A stretch of DNA of 64,000 nucleotides, from contig CP066697.1 of NCBI GenBank assembly GCA_016432625.1, forward strand, positions 215,363 through 279,362, written 5' to 3'. Positions 9,585 to 17,647 of the stretch are shown piece after piece; position 1 is the stretch's first letter, and the number at the start of each line of letters is the position of its first letter. The position numbers were made by a program, and so were the translations under genes. The notes below the pieces were generated by a model. That model made no database searches. It saw only the letters and a program-made list of their open reading frames with translations, and was not told the origin of the DNA. The DNA is from Candidatus Berkelbacteria bacterium. Lineage in GTDB: Bacteria > Patescibacteriota > UBA1384 > 2-12-FULL-50-11.

Positions 9585-10682
9585 TTAGGCTTTAAAGACT
9601 GAGGCGGGGTTAATCACCAGTAACCGCTTCAGTGGCATAAACGAGGCGATAATAGCCATCCCGACCACGGCGGCAAATACTAAAATGACCTGTCCGCCAC
9701 TAACTTCGTACAAAAATCCGCTAGCAATATTAGTGGCGGCGATCGCAAAAAGTGGCGCTAGTATCGCTCCCACAACAAAACCAATCGCTCCGGCTGTAAC
9801 TGATTGAATCAGTCCGATGCCGTATATTTGGGCGCCAGTGTAGCCGAGGGCTTTTAGGACCCCATACTCCCGACTTTTCTCGATGGTAGCGGTAAAGATA
9901 GTTAAGCCGATGACTGCTATGCCAATTAGAACAGCGATAATTAGCAGAACCTTAATGATGGGTAGGAATGTTTCAGTGAGAATAGATTTGTTGTTTTCCA
10001 GAAACTCAGTCTTCGTCATAACTTTGTAGTCGGGAAATTGCTTGGCGATATCAATCGTGGCCTGGTCGGGATCGGGTGTCTGTACGAGGTAGTAATTTAC
10101 TAGCCCATCTAGATCAAGGATGTTTTTAACGTCCGCCCGGTTAACCAGAGCGAAGGTGTAGGCGAGAATGTTACCGCCGCTAATAATCCCCGATACTTTG
10201 ACTGTGGTTTTGGCCACTTCAAAAGTGTCACCGATTTTAAGTCCGGTTTGACGGGCTAATACTTGATCGATAGCGATCTCGCCTAGTGCCGGGTCGTCTG
10301 TGCCTTCGACAAGCTCGTAACTCTTTATGAAGCGATCCTCGTCAACACCAACAACGAAAATATGAACGTCTTGGCCGTCAATTGTTGTCCCAACCTGGCG
10401 GCCGACAAATGTTGATACCCGAGTAACAGACCCTAGCTTAGAAACGTCTTCCGATCGGACCGCTTGGATAATTGAGATGCTATGGCTGAGATCACCACTG
10501 CCGGCCTGACCGACCCAGAGGTCGGCGGGGATATTGCCCGTGAACCTTGTCATTTGTTTTTCCCAACCGCTATATAACCCGAGTAGTATCAAGATCAGAA
10601 TCACCGAGAAGGTGACGCCACCTATAGTGATCAACAGCCGGCCTCTTTCGCCGAAAAGGTTCCTTAGCGCGATGAGAAACAT
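9585..10682 (-). CDS. ABC transporter permease, FtsX/MacB family
   Basis: N-terminal TM, large periplasmic MacB-like domain and C-terminal FtsX 3-TM bundle; 4-nt gap to the ATPase gene. Confidence 0.8.
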   Translation of the reverse strand: MFLIALRNLFGERGRLLITIGGVTFSVILILILLGLYSGWEKQMTRFTGNIPADLWVGQAGSGDLSHSISIIQAVRSEDVSKLGSVTRVSTFVGRQVGTTIDGQDVHIFVVGVDEDRFIKSYELVEGTDDPALGEIAIDQVLARQTGLKIGDTFEVAKTTVKVSGIISGGNILAYTFALVNRADVKNILDLDGLVNYYLVQTPDPDQATIDIAKQFPDYKVMTKTEFLENNKSILTETFLPIIKVLLIIAVLIGIAVIGLTIFTATIEKSREYGVLKALGYTGAQIYGIGLIQSVTAGAIGFVVGAILAPLFAIAATNIASGFLYEVSGGQVILVFAAVVGMAIIASFMPLKRLLVINPASVFKA

Positions 10683-10710
10683 ATGTTTACAGTAGTCCCC
10701 GAATAGTTAT

Positions 10711-10739
10711 TTGACAATCCCCCCAGGGGGGACTAGACT
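10711..10739 (+). promoter_or_regulatory. Promoter with embedded CsoR-like box: TTGACA - ATCCCCCCAGGGGGGAC (17 nt) - TAGACT
   Basis: Consensus -35 hexamer. The 17-nt spacer is a perfect C6-A-G6 inverted repeat. Oriented toward the DsbD-like gene at 10872. Confidence 0.45.
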
Positions 10740-10871
10740 CGGGTTGATGGAAATTTGCGACTGCCCAACAGTTTCGCAGGTTAGGACATACAGAGTCCTT
10801 GTTGGGCTGGCTATAATAGGATCCCTTCTGTCGTACCTCGGTAGTCAGGTCGCCGTATTATTGCTGGCGCA

Positions 10872-11747
10872 ATGACCCTGACTTTGTTTATCTTTTCGCT
10901 AACGAGTGCGTTTCTAAGTGGCTTATTGGCATTATTTGCCCCTTGCTGTATCACGTTTCTATTACCTTCCTACTTTGCTTCCGTTTTCCAGAGAAAGAGC
11001 AATATCATCTTTATGACCTTAATATTTTTCTTAGGGTTAACGACAATCCTTCTGCCGATTAGCCTAGGTGCAGCTTGGCTTTCTGGTCTATTCACTGGTT
11101 ATCACACTGCCATTTTTATCGTAGGTGGGTTACTTTTGATCGCCTATGGAATAATGTCCTTCTTCGGTAAGACGGTAATGATTCCACTTCATTACACTCC
11201 AGATTTGAAGCGATCCAGAGGTGTTTTCGGAACGTATCTTCTGGGTATATTCTCGGGCATAGCCAGCTCCTGCTGCGCGCCAGTTTTGGCTGGTTTGCTT
11301 ACCCTGTCGGCCTTATCGGCCACGCTACCGGTCGCTACACTAATCGGCCTCACTTACGTCTTAGGAATGACATTGCCGTTATTTATCCTGTCGCTCGTTT
11401 GGGATGCGAAAAAGATTGGGCAATCGAAATTTTTCAGGGGACGTCCAATCCGCTTCCAGCTTGGCGGTTGGCGGCATGTTGTTCATTCAACCCACCTATT
11501 GGTTAGCATTCTTTTTATCGCTATTGGCGGCTTCATTCTCTACAGCGCAGCAAACGGCGAATCGGCGGTTGCTGCGCCCTGGCAGATAAGACTTAATGCT
11601 AACTTCCAGGGGGCAATTCAAGACTTTGCCAACTTTGCCGCACGTTACCCGCTCCTTAGCTTGACGGCCTTTATATTGCTTATTACCGGCTGGGTGTTGT
11701 TAGTGCGAAAAGCCACAACGGCGTCAAAGGAGAAAAATGAAGCATAG
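10872..11747 (+). CDS. DsbD/CcdA-family thiol-disulfide transporter-like membrane protein (Cys doublets APCC and SSCC)
   Basis: Polytopic TM protein with Cys in TM1 and a mid-protein TM, as in CcdA/DsbD beta-domain proteins; overlaps the downstream TlpA-like gene. Confidence 0.5.
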   Translation: MTLTLFIFSLTSAFLSGLLALFAPCCITFLLPSYFASVFQRKSNIIFMTLIFFLGLTTILLPISLGAAWLSGLFTGYHTAIFIVGGLLLIAYGIMSFFGKTVMIPLHYTPDLKRSRGVFGTYLLGIFSGIASSCCAPVLAGLLTLSALSATLPVATLIGLTYVLGMTLPLFILSLVWDAKKIGQSKFFRGRPIRFQLGGWRHVVHSTHLLVSILFIAIGGFILYSAANGESAVAAPWQIRLNANFQGAIQDFANFAARYPLLSLTAFILLITGWVLLVRKATTASKEKNEA

Positions 11748-12330
11748 CGGAAAGAGTAGCGATCTCTTGTTTACTATTGGTGTAATCGTGGCGGTGGGCA
11801 TCGTCTTGACGGGGATCGTTATCTTTTCTAACGGCAGACCTTCTACCCCCCTTGCGAAGACTGGTTCGCTTAAGATAGGCGATTCGGCTCCAAGCTTTGA
11901 ACTTGCTTCGGCAACGGGTGGAAAGGTCACCTTGAATCAGTATGACGGCAAACCGGTGCTGTTGTACTTTAACGAAGGTGTTGGATGCCAGCCGTGCTGG
12001 AAACAGATTATCGACCTTGAAAACAATGAGAGCTTTAGCTCCCTCAAGATTCCAATGGTGGCAATTGCACCTAACGACCCGAGCGATTGGAGTCCGGTAG
12101 TCTCAAATAACCCTATGCAAACGCCGATCTTGGCCGACATTGAGAATGCCGTTTCAAAGTCCTATGGCATGTTGACCATGAAGTCGTCTATGCACAAGGG
12201 CGTCAACCCAGGCCACACCTTTATCCTGCTTGATGCAGAGCATAAGGTAACCTGGATCGGCGACTACCCGGGAATGAACATGACCGCTTCTGAAATAGTA
12301 ACTGTCATTAAGGACAAGATACGAGGTTGA
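11737..12330 (+). CDS. Membrane-anchored TlpA/ResA-like thioredoxin-fold oxidoreductase (CxxC = CQPC)
   Basis: N-terminal TM anchor, then redoxin domain with VGCQPCWKQ active site. Confidence 0.7.
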   Translation: MKHSGKSSDLLFTIGVIVAVGIVLTGIVIFSNGRPSTPLAKTGSLKIGDSAPSFELASATGGKVTLNQYDGKPVLLYFNEGVGCQPCWKQIIDLENNESFSSLKIPMVAIAPNDPSDWSPVVSNNPMQTPILADIENAVSKSYGMLTMKSSMHKGVNPGHTFILLDAEHKVTWIGDYPGMNMTASEIVTVIKDKIRG

Positions 12331-12404
12331 CGGTTTGGGGGCGACGGCTAATTTTAGTCAATGAATTAGTGTGACTCTGTTTAGGAGGAGGTAGCGCACT
12401 TCCA

Positions 12405-13577
12405 CTACGGGTAAATATATGTTGGAGTGCCGTAAAGCAACGCGTTAACATTGCGCCTTTCGCCATATCCACGTGGTACTAGCCAGTTGTATTCCGAAAC
12501 GTTAATTGTTCCGTCGCTATTAACTTTCTCTACCCAGGCTGTATGGCCGTAAGGGCGGTTCTCGCCAATTGGCCAGGAAACCACTGCCCCAACCCTGGGC
12601 GTTGAAGATGTTTTATAACCTTGGTCACGAGCGAGCGCTGGCCAGTTCCAACCACTGCCGGACCCAGGTCGCGTGTTCATAAACGGCTGACCGTAGGTAA
12701 CAAGCCACTTCCAGGCAGTATATGAAACGCATTGCCTTTTAATGAATAGCCACGGGTCAGCCGCCGCAGGGTTTGGTTCATCCGCGTACGGATAGGCGCT
12801 CGTCGCGCCCTGATTTATATTTTCCGAACCAGCCTGTCGTCGCCGAGCTTCATAAATGGACTGGCTTAGCGTTTCGTGTTCAGTGGCTAATTTTTTCAAT
12901 GAGTCTTCGTAGCGGTCTTGCTGCTCTTGGTTCAGGTTCAGCAGCAAACTTTGCTGTTGTTGCTGACTCGCTAATACGGCTTTATCATTTGATAATAGGC
13001 TCTCGACTTCTTCCAGCTGTTGTTGAAGAGCTACCTGCGAAGCTTTTTTGGCTAGTAGTTCCTGTTTAAGAGCACTTAACTTTTGTCCATCCTGCATTAA
13101 TTGCTGCTGTATAGATTCTAGATAGTTTATGCGCGTCGTGTATTCACCTATGCTTTCAGACGTCAACATAATCACTTTCGAGGTCGTCAGGGTCTCGTAA
13201 AGTAATATGTAAAGACGCCGAGTAGAGCCGTCGAGTTTGGCAATATCTTTCTCGGTTTTCTCGACCTCTCCGTCGATCCTTTCTATCTCTAATTTGGCAA
13301 TATTAAGTGTTCTCCTAGTCGTATCGAGTCGTCCTTGAGTGGAGGCGATGTCCTGCGTGAGCGCGTTTAGCGTCTGCTGCAACGTAAGTTCGACCTTCCG
13401 GCTCTGGTTAAGCCTTTGTTGGTTCTGCTGCTGTTGTTTCTCTACTTCTCTTTGTCGTTTCAAGAGCTCGTTTAATGAAACAGCTTGGGCAGATAGTGGA
13501 GCAGATAGTAAGGTGATTACTAACGCCAGAAAACCAACCGACTTAACAAATATTCGCTTCCCCCTCCTTGGAGGCAT
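12405..13577 (-). CDS. Secreted coiled-coil protein with C-terminal CHAP peptidoglycan-hydrolase domain (PcsB-like architecture)
   Basis: Signal peptide; ~230 aa of Q/E/L-rich heptads; C-terminal CHAP with catalytic Cys (CVSYTAWKW) and His (YGHTAWVE). Confidence 0.7.
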   Translation of the reverse strand: MPPRRGKRIFVKSVGFLALVITLLSAPLSAQAVSLNELLKRQREVEKQQQQNQQRLNQSRKVELTLQQTLNALTQDIASTQGRLDTTRRTLNIAKLEIERIDGEVEKTEKDIAKLDGSTRRLYILLYETLTTSKVIMLTSESIGEYTTRINYLESIQQQLMQDGQKLSALKQELLAKKASQVALQQQLEEVESLLSNDKAVLASQQQQQSLLLNLNQEQQDRYEDSLKKLATEHETLSQSIYEARRRQAGSENINQGATSAYPYADEPNPAAADPWLFIKRQCVSYTAWKWLVTYGQPFMNTRPGSGSGWNWPALARDQGYKTSSTPRVGAVVSWPIGENRPYGHTAWVEKVNSDGTINVSEYNWLVPRGYGERRNVNALLYGTPTYIYP

Positions 13578-13837
13578 TAGTTTTGAGAAAGGTGGTAGAG
13601 GTGTGATAGCTCATTAATAGCCTTGCTGTCCTCACCACTGACAAACTGATCTTTCACGCAGGTAGCCAGATGTTTCTTAAGCAACTCCTGGTTCAAGCTT
13701 TTAAGACTCTTCTGGATCGCTAGGCTTTGTGTCATAAGTTCGATGCAGTACCGGTCTTCCGCTACCATCTTCTGCAGTTTCAGGATATGCCCCTGAATAA
13801 TTTTTATTCGATGTCTAATTCGTTCGTCTTGTGTCAT
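13577..13837 (-). CDS. csoR: CsoR-family Cu(I)-sensing transcriptional repressor (Cys-His-Cys site)
   Basis: DUF156 helical-bundle family. The ligand pattern RYC ... H-x3-C (HLATC) matches Cu-sensing CsoR rather than RcnR. Start taken at M13 (MTQDER); the stop overlaps the CHAP gene ATG. Confidence 0.75.
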   Translation of the reverse strand: MTQDERIRHRIKIIQGHILKLQKMVAEDRYCIELMTQSLAIQKSLKSLNQELLKKHLATCVKDQFVSGEDSKAINELSHLYHLSQN

Positions 13838-13841
13838 GAGT

Positions 13842-13872
13842 ATATTTATAATCCCCCTATAGGGGATAGTCA
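13842..13872 (-). promoter_or_regulatory. csoR promoter with CsoR-like box: TTGACT (13872-13867) - ATCCCCTATAGGGGGAT (13867..13851; plus strand ATCCCCCTATAGGGGAT) - TATAAAT, ATG 6 nt later (near-leaderless)
   Basis: C-tract/G-tract pseudopalindrome forming the 17-nt spacer; same architecture as the 10711 promoter. Confidence 0.5.
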
Positions 13873-13919
13873 ATTCCTTTTTGTTGTGAGACTATGAGTT
13901 CAATAAGAAAGGGGCTTAG

Positions 13920-14060
13920 ATGATGGGAATGAACGCGGATATGATGAGCGGCGGGCTGGGGGGCGGCATGATGGTATTTGGGTGGCTTCTTTACCTACTG
14001 TTCGTTGTGGCTCTTGTTTTGTCGGCAATTGCGCTAGGCAAGTACATCGGCAAGAATTAG
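13920..14060 (+). CDS. Unannotated 46-aa Met/Gly-rich membrane peptide (MMGMNADMMSGGLGGGMMVFGWLLYLLFVVALVLSAIALGKYIGKN)
   Basis: RBS AAGAAAGGGG 6 nt upstream of ATG. N-terminal MxxM/MM motifs followed by one TM helix. Divergent from csoR, 53 nt from the CsoR-like box. Confidence 0.4.
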   Translation: MMGMNADMMSGGLGGGMMVFGWLLYLLFVVALVLSAIALGKYIGKN

Positions 14061-14122
14061 GGCAGCAAGGGGCCGTGGTTTCCCGGTAGGGGCAAGAGAG
14101 CCTCGCGTGTTAAAGTGAGTAT

Positions 14123-14671
14123 ATGCATCATCGGTGGAGATATCCGAACATCACCCTACTATTTATCAGCTTGGCCGTGACGGTTTTTCTGCTCAATAAC
14201 GGCTGGTTGGGGCATCTGAAAGATGGTTTTGAATCTATAGGCTATCTCGGCGTTTTTGTTGCTGGGTTCTTATTTGTCTCTACATTCACAATCGCGCCAG
14301 CGGCCGCTATTCTCTTTGAATTTGCGCAAAACCTCGAGCCAATATTCGTGGCTCTTATTGGTGGCGTTGGCGCGGCGATAGGCGATTACCTCGCCTACAG
14401 ATTCATTAGAGACCGACTGTTTGCCGAGCTTAACCCTCTTCTCAAAGCCCTTCATTTATATCGGCGGATCGACATCCTTCATACGAAGTATTTTGCTTGG
14501 TTGGCGCCGGTAATCGGCGCAGCGATAGTCGCCTCACCGTTACCTGACGAGATTGGTCTTAGCTTGCTTGGTTTGAAAAAGATCGCTTTCAGCCGCTTTA
14601 TCGCCTTGGCCTTCCTGCTCAACGCTTTAGGGATATATGTCATTGCGATTGCTGCTAATTCAGCCCCCTGA
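14123..14671 (+). CDS. Polytopic membrane protein, unknown function
   Basis: Four to five predicted TM helices; no confident family assignment. Confidence 0.35.
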   Translation: MHHRWRYPNITLLFISLAVTVFLLNNGWLGHLKDGFESIGYLGVFVAGFLFVSTFTIAPAAAILFEFAQNLEPIFVALIGGVGAAIGDYLAYRFIRDRLFAELNPLLKALHLYRRIDILHTKYFAWLAPVIGAAIVASPLPDEIGLSLLGLKKIAFSRFIALAFLLNALGIYVIAIAANSAP

Positions 14672-14692
14672 ACTTCGTGGTAGGATGTAACC

Positions 14693-15169
14693 ATGAAAAT
14701 ACTTGGGCAGGTCATTGTTGTCTTGTTGGTTGTCGGGGGAATAGTTATTTACAGCAATCGCTCTGGTGATAGCGGAGCTTCTCCAGGTCCGCAAACACAG
14801 TCCGAATCTTCGACGGCAGATCCGTCGCTCGGCGGGTCAACTGACCCTTCTGTAGCTAAAACTCCCGGCGCGTACGTCGATTACTCGGACTCGGTCATCG
14901 CAAGCACCAGTGGAACCAAGATACTTTTCTTTCATGCTCCTTGGTGTCCGCAATGCCGGACACTAGACGCTGATATTAGAAAGAGTAACGTTCCGGCGGG
15001 AGTGACAATAATTAAAACGGACTACGATACTAACCAGGCGCTTCGGCAAAAATACGGCGTGACGATCCAAACGACCTTAGTTAGGGTTGACGACGCCGGT
15101 AACCTGGTCAAGAAATATGTCGCTTACGATGAACCCACCTTTGCCGCCGTCAGTAGTAACCTGCTTTAG
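14693..15169 (+). CDS. Membrane-anchored thioredoxin-family protein (WCPQC)
   Basis: N-terminal TM, Ser/Thr/Pro linker, thioredoxin fold with the canonical WCPQC motif. Confidence 0.7.
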   Translation: MKILGQVIVVLLVVGGIVIYSNRSGDSGASPGPQTQSESSTADPSLGGSTDPSVAKTPGAYVDYSDSVIASTSGTKILFFHAPWCPQCRTLDADIRKSNVPAGVTIIKTDYDTNQALRQKYGVTIQTTLVRVDDAGNLVKKYVAYDEPTFAAVSSNLL

Positions 15170-15171
15170 AA

Positions 15172-15894
15172 ATGGTGTTACTTTATGCCTCGTTTGTCGC
15201 TGGTTTCCTTACCGTCTTGGCGCCGTGCATCTTGCCGGTTTTGCCGGTGGTTTTAGCCGGATCGGTAACAGAAAGCCGACGCACGAAACGTATTGTAACG
15301 ATTATTTTTGGCTTGACGATTTCAGTTGTTGTTTTCTCGTTACTCTTGAAAGCGACAACTAGCCTGCTCGGAATTCCACAAATTGTTTGGCAGCTAATTT
15401 CTGGCGGGATACTAATTCTCTTCGGAGTGGTCAGTCTCTATCCAGGGCTTTGGGAAAAAGTCTCGGCACCGCTCGGCGCTAAGGCGGGTGAGTCGTTGCA
15501 GACCAGTAGAACCAAATCTGGTCTTTGGGGGGATTTATTCCTTGGAGCAGCGCTGGGGCCGGTCTTCAACAGCTGTAGCCCGACATACGCCTTAATAGTC
15601 GCGGCGATTTTGCCTGTTTCGTTCGGGCGTGGACTTACTTATTTGGTATCTTACGCGATCGGTCTGGCCGTGGCGCTACTTTTAATCGCCTTCCTTGGCC
15701 GGGCACTAGTTAGCAAACTTGGCTGGGCTGCCAACCCAACAGGCTGGTTTCATAAAGTAATTGGCGTGTTACTAATAGTGATTGGGCTGGCTGTCATCTT
15801 TGGCGCCGACAAGAAGTTTCAAACCTATGTGCTTGATCGGGGCTACTATCAACCGATAATAAACTTAGAAGAACAACTTCGTTTACCGAAGTAA
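15172..15894 (+). CDS. ccdA: Cytochrome c-type biogenesis / thiol-disulfide transporter CcdA
   Basis: Six TM helices with conserved Cys in TM1 (APCILP) and TM4 (NSCSP); starts 3 nt after the thioredoxin gene. Confidence 0.75.
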   Translation: MVLLYASFVAGFLTVLAPCILPVLPVVLAGSVTESRRTKRIVTIIFGLTISVVVFSLLLKATTSLLGIPQIVWQLISGGILILFGVVSLYPGLWEKVSAPLGAKAGESLQTSRTKSGLWGDLFLGAALGPVFNSCSPTYALIVAAILPVSFGRGLTYLVSYAIGLAVALLLIAFLGRALVSKLGWAANPTGWFHKVIGVLLIVIGLAVIFGADKKFQTYVLDRGYYQPIINLEEQLRLPK

Positions 15895-16058
15895 TTCATT
15901 CTCTAAACTACCCCATCAAGCTTGGTCGTCTGAACGCTTACCTCAGTTATTTAAGATAACTATGTGTGCCCGAAATAAAGCACACTTAGGGCGATACTTG
16001 AAAAGTTAGTAGATCTAACGCACTCTGGGGCTACGGTTTTGTACCGAAGGAGGCTCAC

Positions 16059-16712
16059 GTGTATGTGAATCAAAGCGAGCGACGCATCATGATGCTTTGC
16101 GAGCAGCATGACATCATTTCGCGTGGCCACTTCAAGATTAAGGGGTTCCACAGCGACATTTTCATTGATCTTGAACGAGCGTTGTCACTTGCGCCCGTTC
16201 GCGACGAGTTCTGCGAAGCGATCACCCAAAACTGCTTGGATCGCAGCACCGACAACAGCGGTAGGCACGATACCAGTATCGATATCGTCATTGGTATCGG
16301 CAGGCGTGGGCTGACTATCGCCGATGCTGTCGCCAACCAGCTTAGGGCGTTGACGCATCGCCAGGTAATATCGCTTGAGGCGATAAAAGAAGACGGGATG
16401 GTTGCGTTGCCGATTAGCGGACGACGACTGATTCGTGGTCGGAACGTGTTGACAGTGATGGATATCGTCCGAACGGGGAGCACTGCTGCGAAGGCGGCCG
16501 ATTTGATTACGTCGAACGGTGGCAATAACTGTGGTTTGTCAGCCTTTTTCCGCCGAGGGGAATTGGCGGATTACGACGGCCACGGACGGCGGCCGTTCGT
16601 CATTTGCAACCCGAGCTTCGAGCTCTGGACGACCGCATGTCCCAAGTGTCAACAAGGAATTCCTTTGGACCCAATACCTAGATCTCGTGAGCAACTTGCT
16701 CTCGAGTTCTGA
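16059..16712 (+). CDS. Phosphoribosyltransferase-domain protein (orotate PRTase-like)
   Basis: PRPP-binding motif VLTVMDIVRTGSTA; GTG start 5 nt after SD AAGGAGG. Confidence 0.55.
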   Translation: MYVNQSERRIMMLCEQHDIISRGHFKIKGFHSDIFIDLERALSLAPVRDEFCEAITQNCLDRSTDNSGRHDTSIDIVIGIGRRGLTIADAVANQLRALTHRQVISLEAIKEDGMVALPISGRRLIRGRNVLTVMDIVRTGSTAAKAADLITSNGGNNCGLSAFFRRGELADYDGHGRRPFVICNPSFELWTTACPKCQQGIPLDPIPRSREQLALEF

Positions 16713-16716
16713 AACT

Positions 16717-16742
16717 GGCCCGCGCGCAAAAACGCGCGGGCC
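16717..16742 (+). terminator. Perfect GC-rich hairpin GGCCCGCGCG-caaaaa-CGCGCGGGCC downstream of the PRTase gene
   Basis: 10-bp stem with 6-nt loop directly after the stop codon; no U-tract. Confidence 0.4.
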
Positions 16743-16786
16743 AAATCTTATAAACACAGACAATGCCCTTCTGGTACTATTAAGTT

Positions 16787-17041
16787 ATGGCGCTCGACAA
16801 AACCGAAAAAGAGGGAATGGAGAATCTAGACCGGTTGGTTCGAGCGATCGATAAAGCCTATCACCACCCTGGCCCGCTCGTCTGGCGGGGTTTTATGATT
16901 GGTCTTGCGTCGGGATTAGGCGCGACAATCGGCGTTGCCGTGGTGCTAGCGATACTAGGTTTCTTGGTTAGAGAACTCGGCGGCCTGCCTTTTATCGGTG
17001 AGTGGATTCAAGGCGTTGGTAACACTATTAATCGTTACTAA
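16787..17041 (+). CDS. Small membrane protein, unknown function
   Basis: 84 aa, C-terminal TM hairpin. Confidence 0.35.
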   Translation: MALDKTEKEGMENLDRLVRAIDKAYHHPGPLVWRGFMIGLASGLGATIGVAVVLAILGFLVRELGGLPFIGEWIQGVGNTINRY

Positions 17042-17646
17042 CGTTTCTGGTGAGCTCTCAAGAGAGAAAGAGCGCCTGGTAGTACTGAAAGTAAGATAAC
17101 GATAATTATGAACGGCAGAATATATTTGTCGACGTTTGGTATAAGTCCGCCAATGTAATACGCCGACAAACCTAGGCCGAAAACCCAGAGCAACGCACCG
17201 ATAATATTGTAGGAGAAAAATGTTGTGTAGTTCATGTTACCGACACCGGCGAGAATTGGGGCAACGGTTCGTACCATCGGCACGAATCTGGCAAGCACGA
17301 TTGTCATCGGTCCGTATCGCGCATAGAATTTCTCGCTGCGTTCGATGTGTTTTCGGTCAAAGAGGAGAGACTTCTCTTTGTTAAATAATTGACGACCGTA
17401 GCGGCTACCAAGATAGTAGCCAAGATTATTACCGATAACAGCGGCTAGAAACATCAGTAACAAGAGAACCCAGATATTAAAAATACCTTGAGATGCAAGC
17501 AGGGCGGCAGCGATAATAAAACTATCGCCGGGAAGAAAGAATATTATGCTCGATTCAGCAAAAATGATTCCGAAAGCCAATAAGTACGCGACAACTGTCC
17601 CGGTGGTCGTAAATAGTGCCTTGACGTCGAAACCTAAAATATCCAT
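17038..17646 (-). CDS. DedA/SNARE-associated family membrane protein
   Basis: DedA-type core (FLPGDSF ... G..LG.YLG..G). The listed ORF's first 11 codons run into tRNA-Lys, so start is set at M12. Confidence 0.7.
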   Translation of the reverse strand: MDILGFDVKALFTTTGTVVAYLLAFGIIFAESSIIFFLPGDSFIIAAALLASQGIFNIWVLLLLMFLAAVIGNNLGYYLGSRYGRQLFNKEKSLLFDRKHIERSEKFYARYGPMTIVLARFVPMVRTVAPILAGVGNMNYTTFFSYNIIGALLWVFGLGLSAYYIGGLIPNVDKYILPFIIIVILLSVLPGALSLLRAHQKR

Positions 17647-17647
17647 G

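Noticed and set aside
16070-16525. 151-aa minus-strand ORF and 68-aa plus-strand ORF overlapping the PRTase gene
   Set aside because: Alternative frames of a gene with clear PRTase motifs; no independent signals.
16717-16742. Hairpin considered as a riboswitch or attenuator
   Set aside because: It lies after the stop codon of the PRTase gene and before a gene with its own start; simplest reading is an intergenic terminator-like hairpin, though it has no U-tract.
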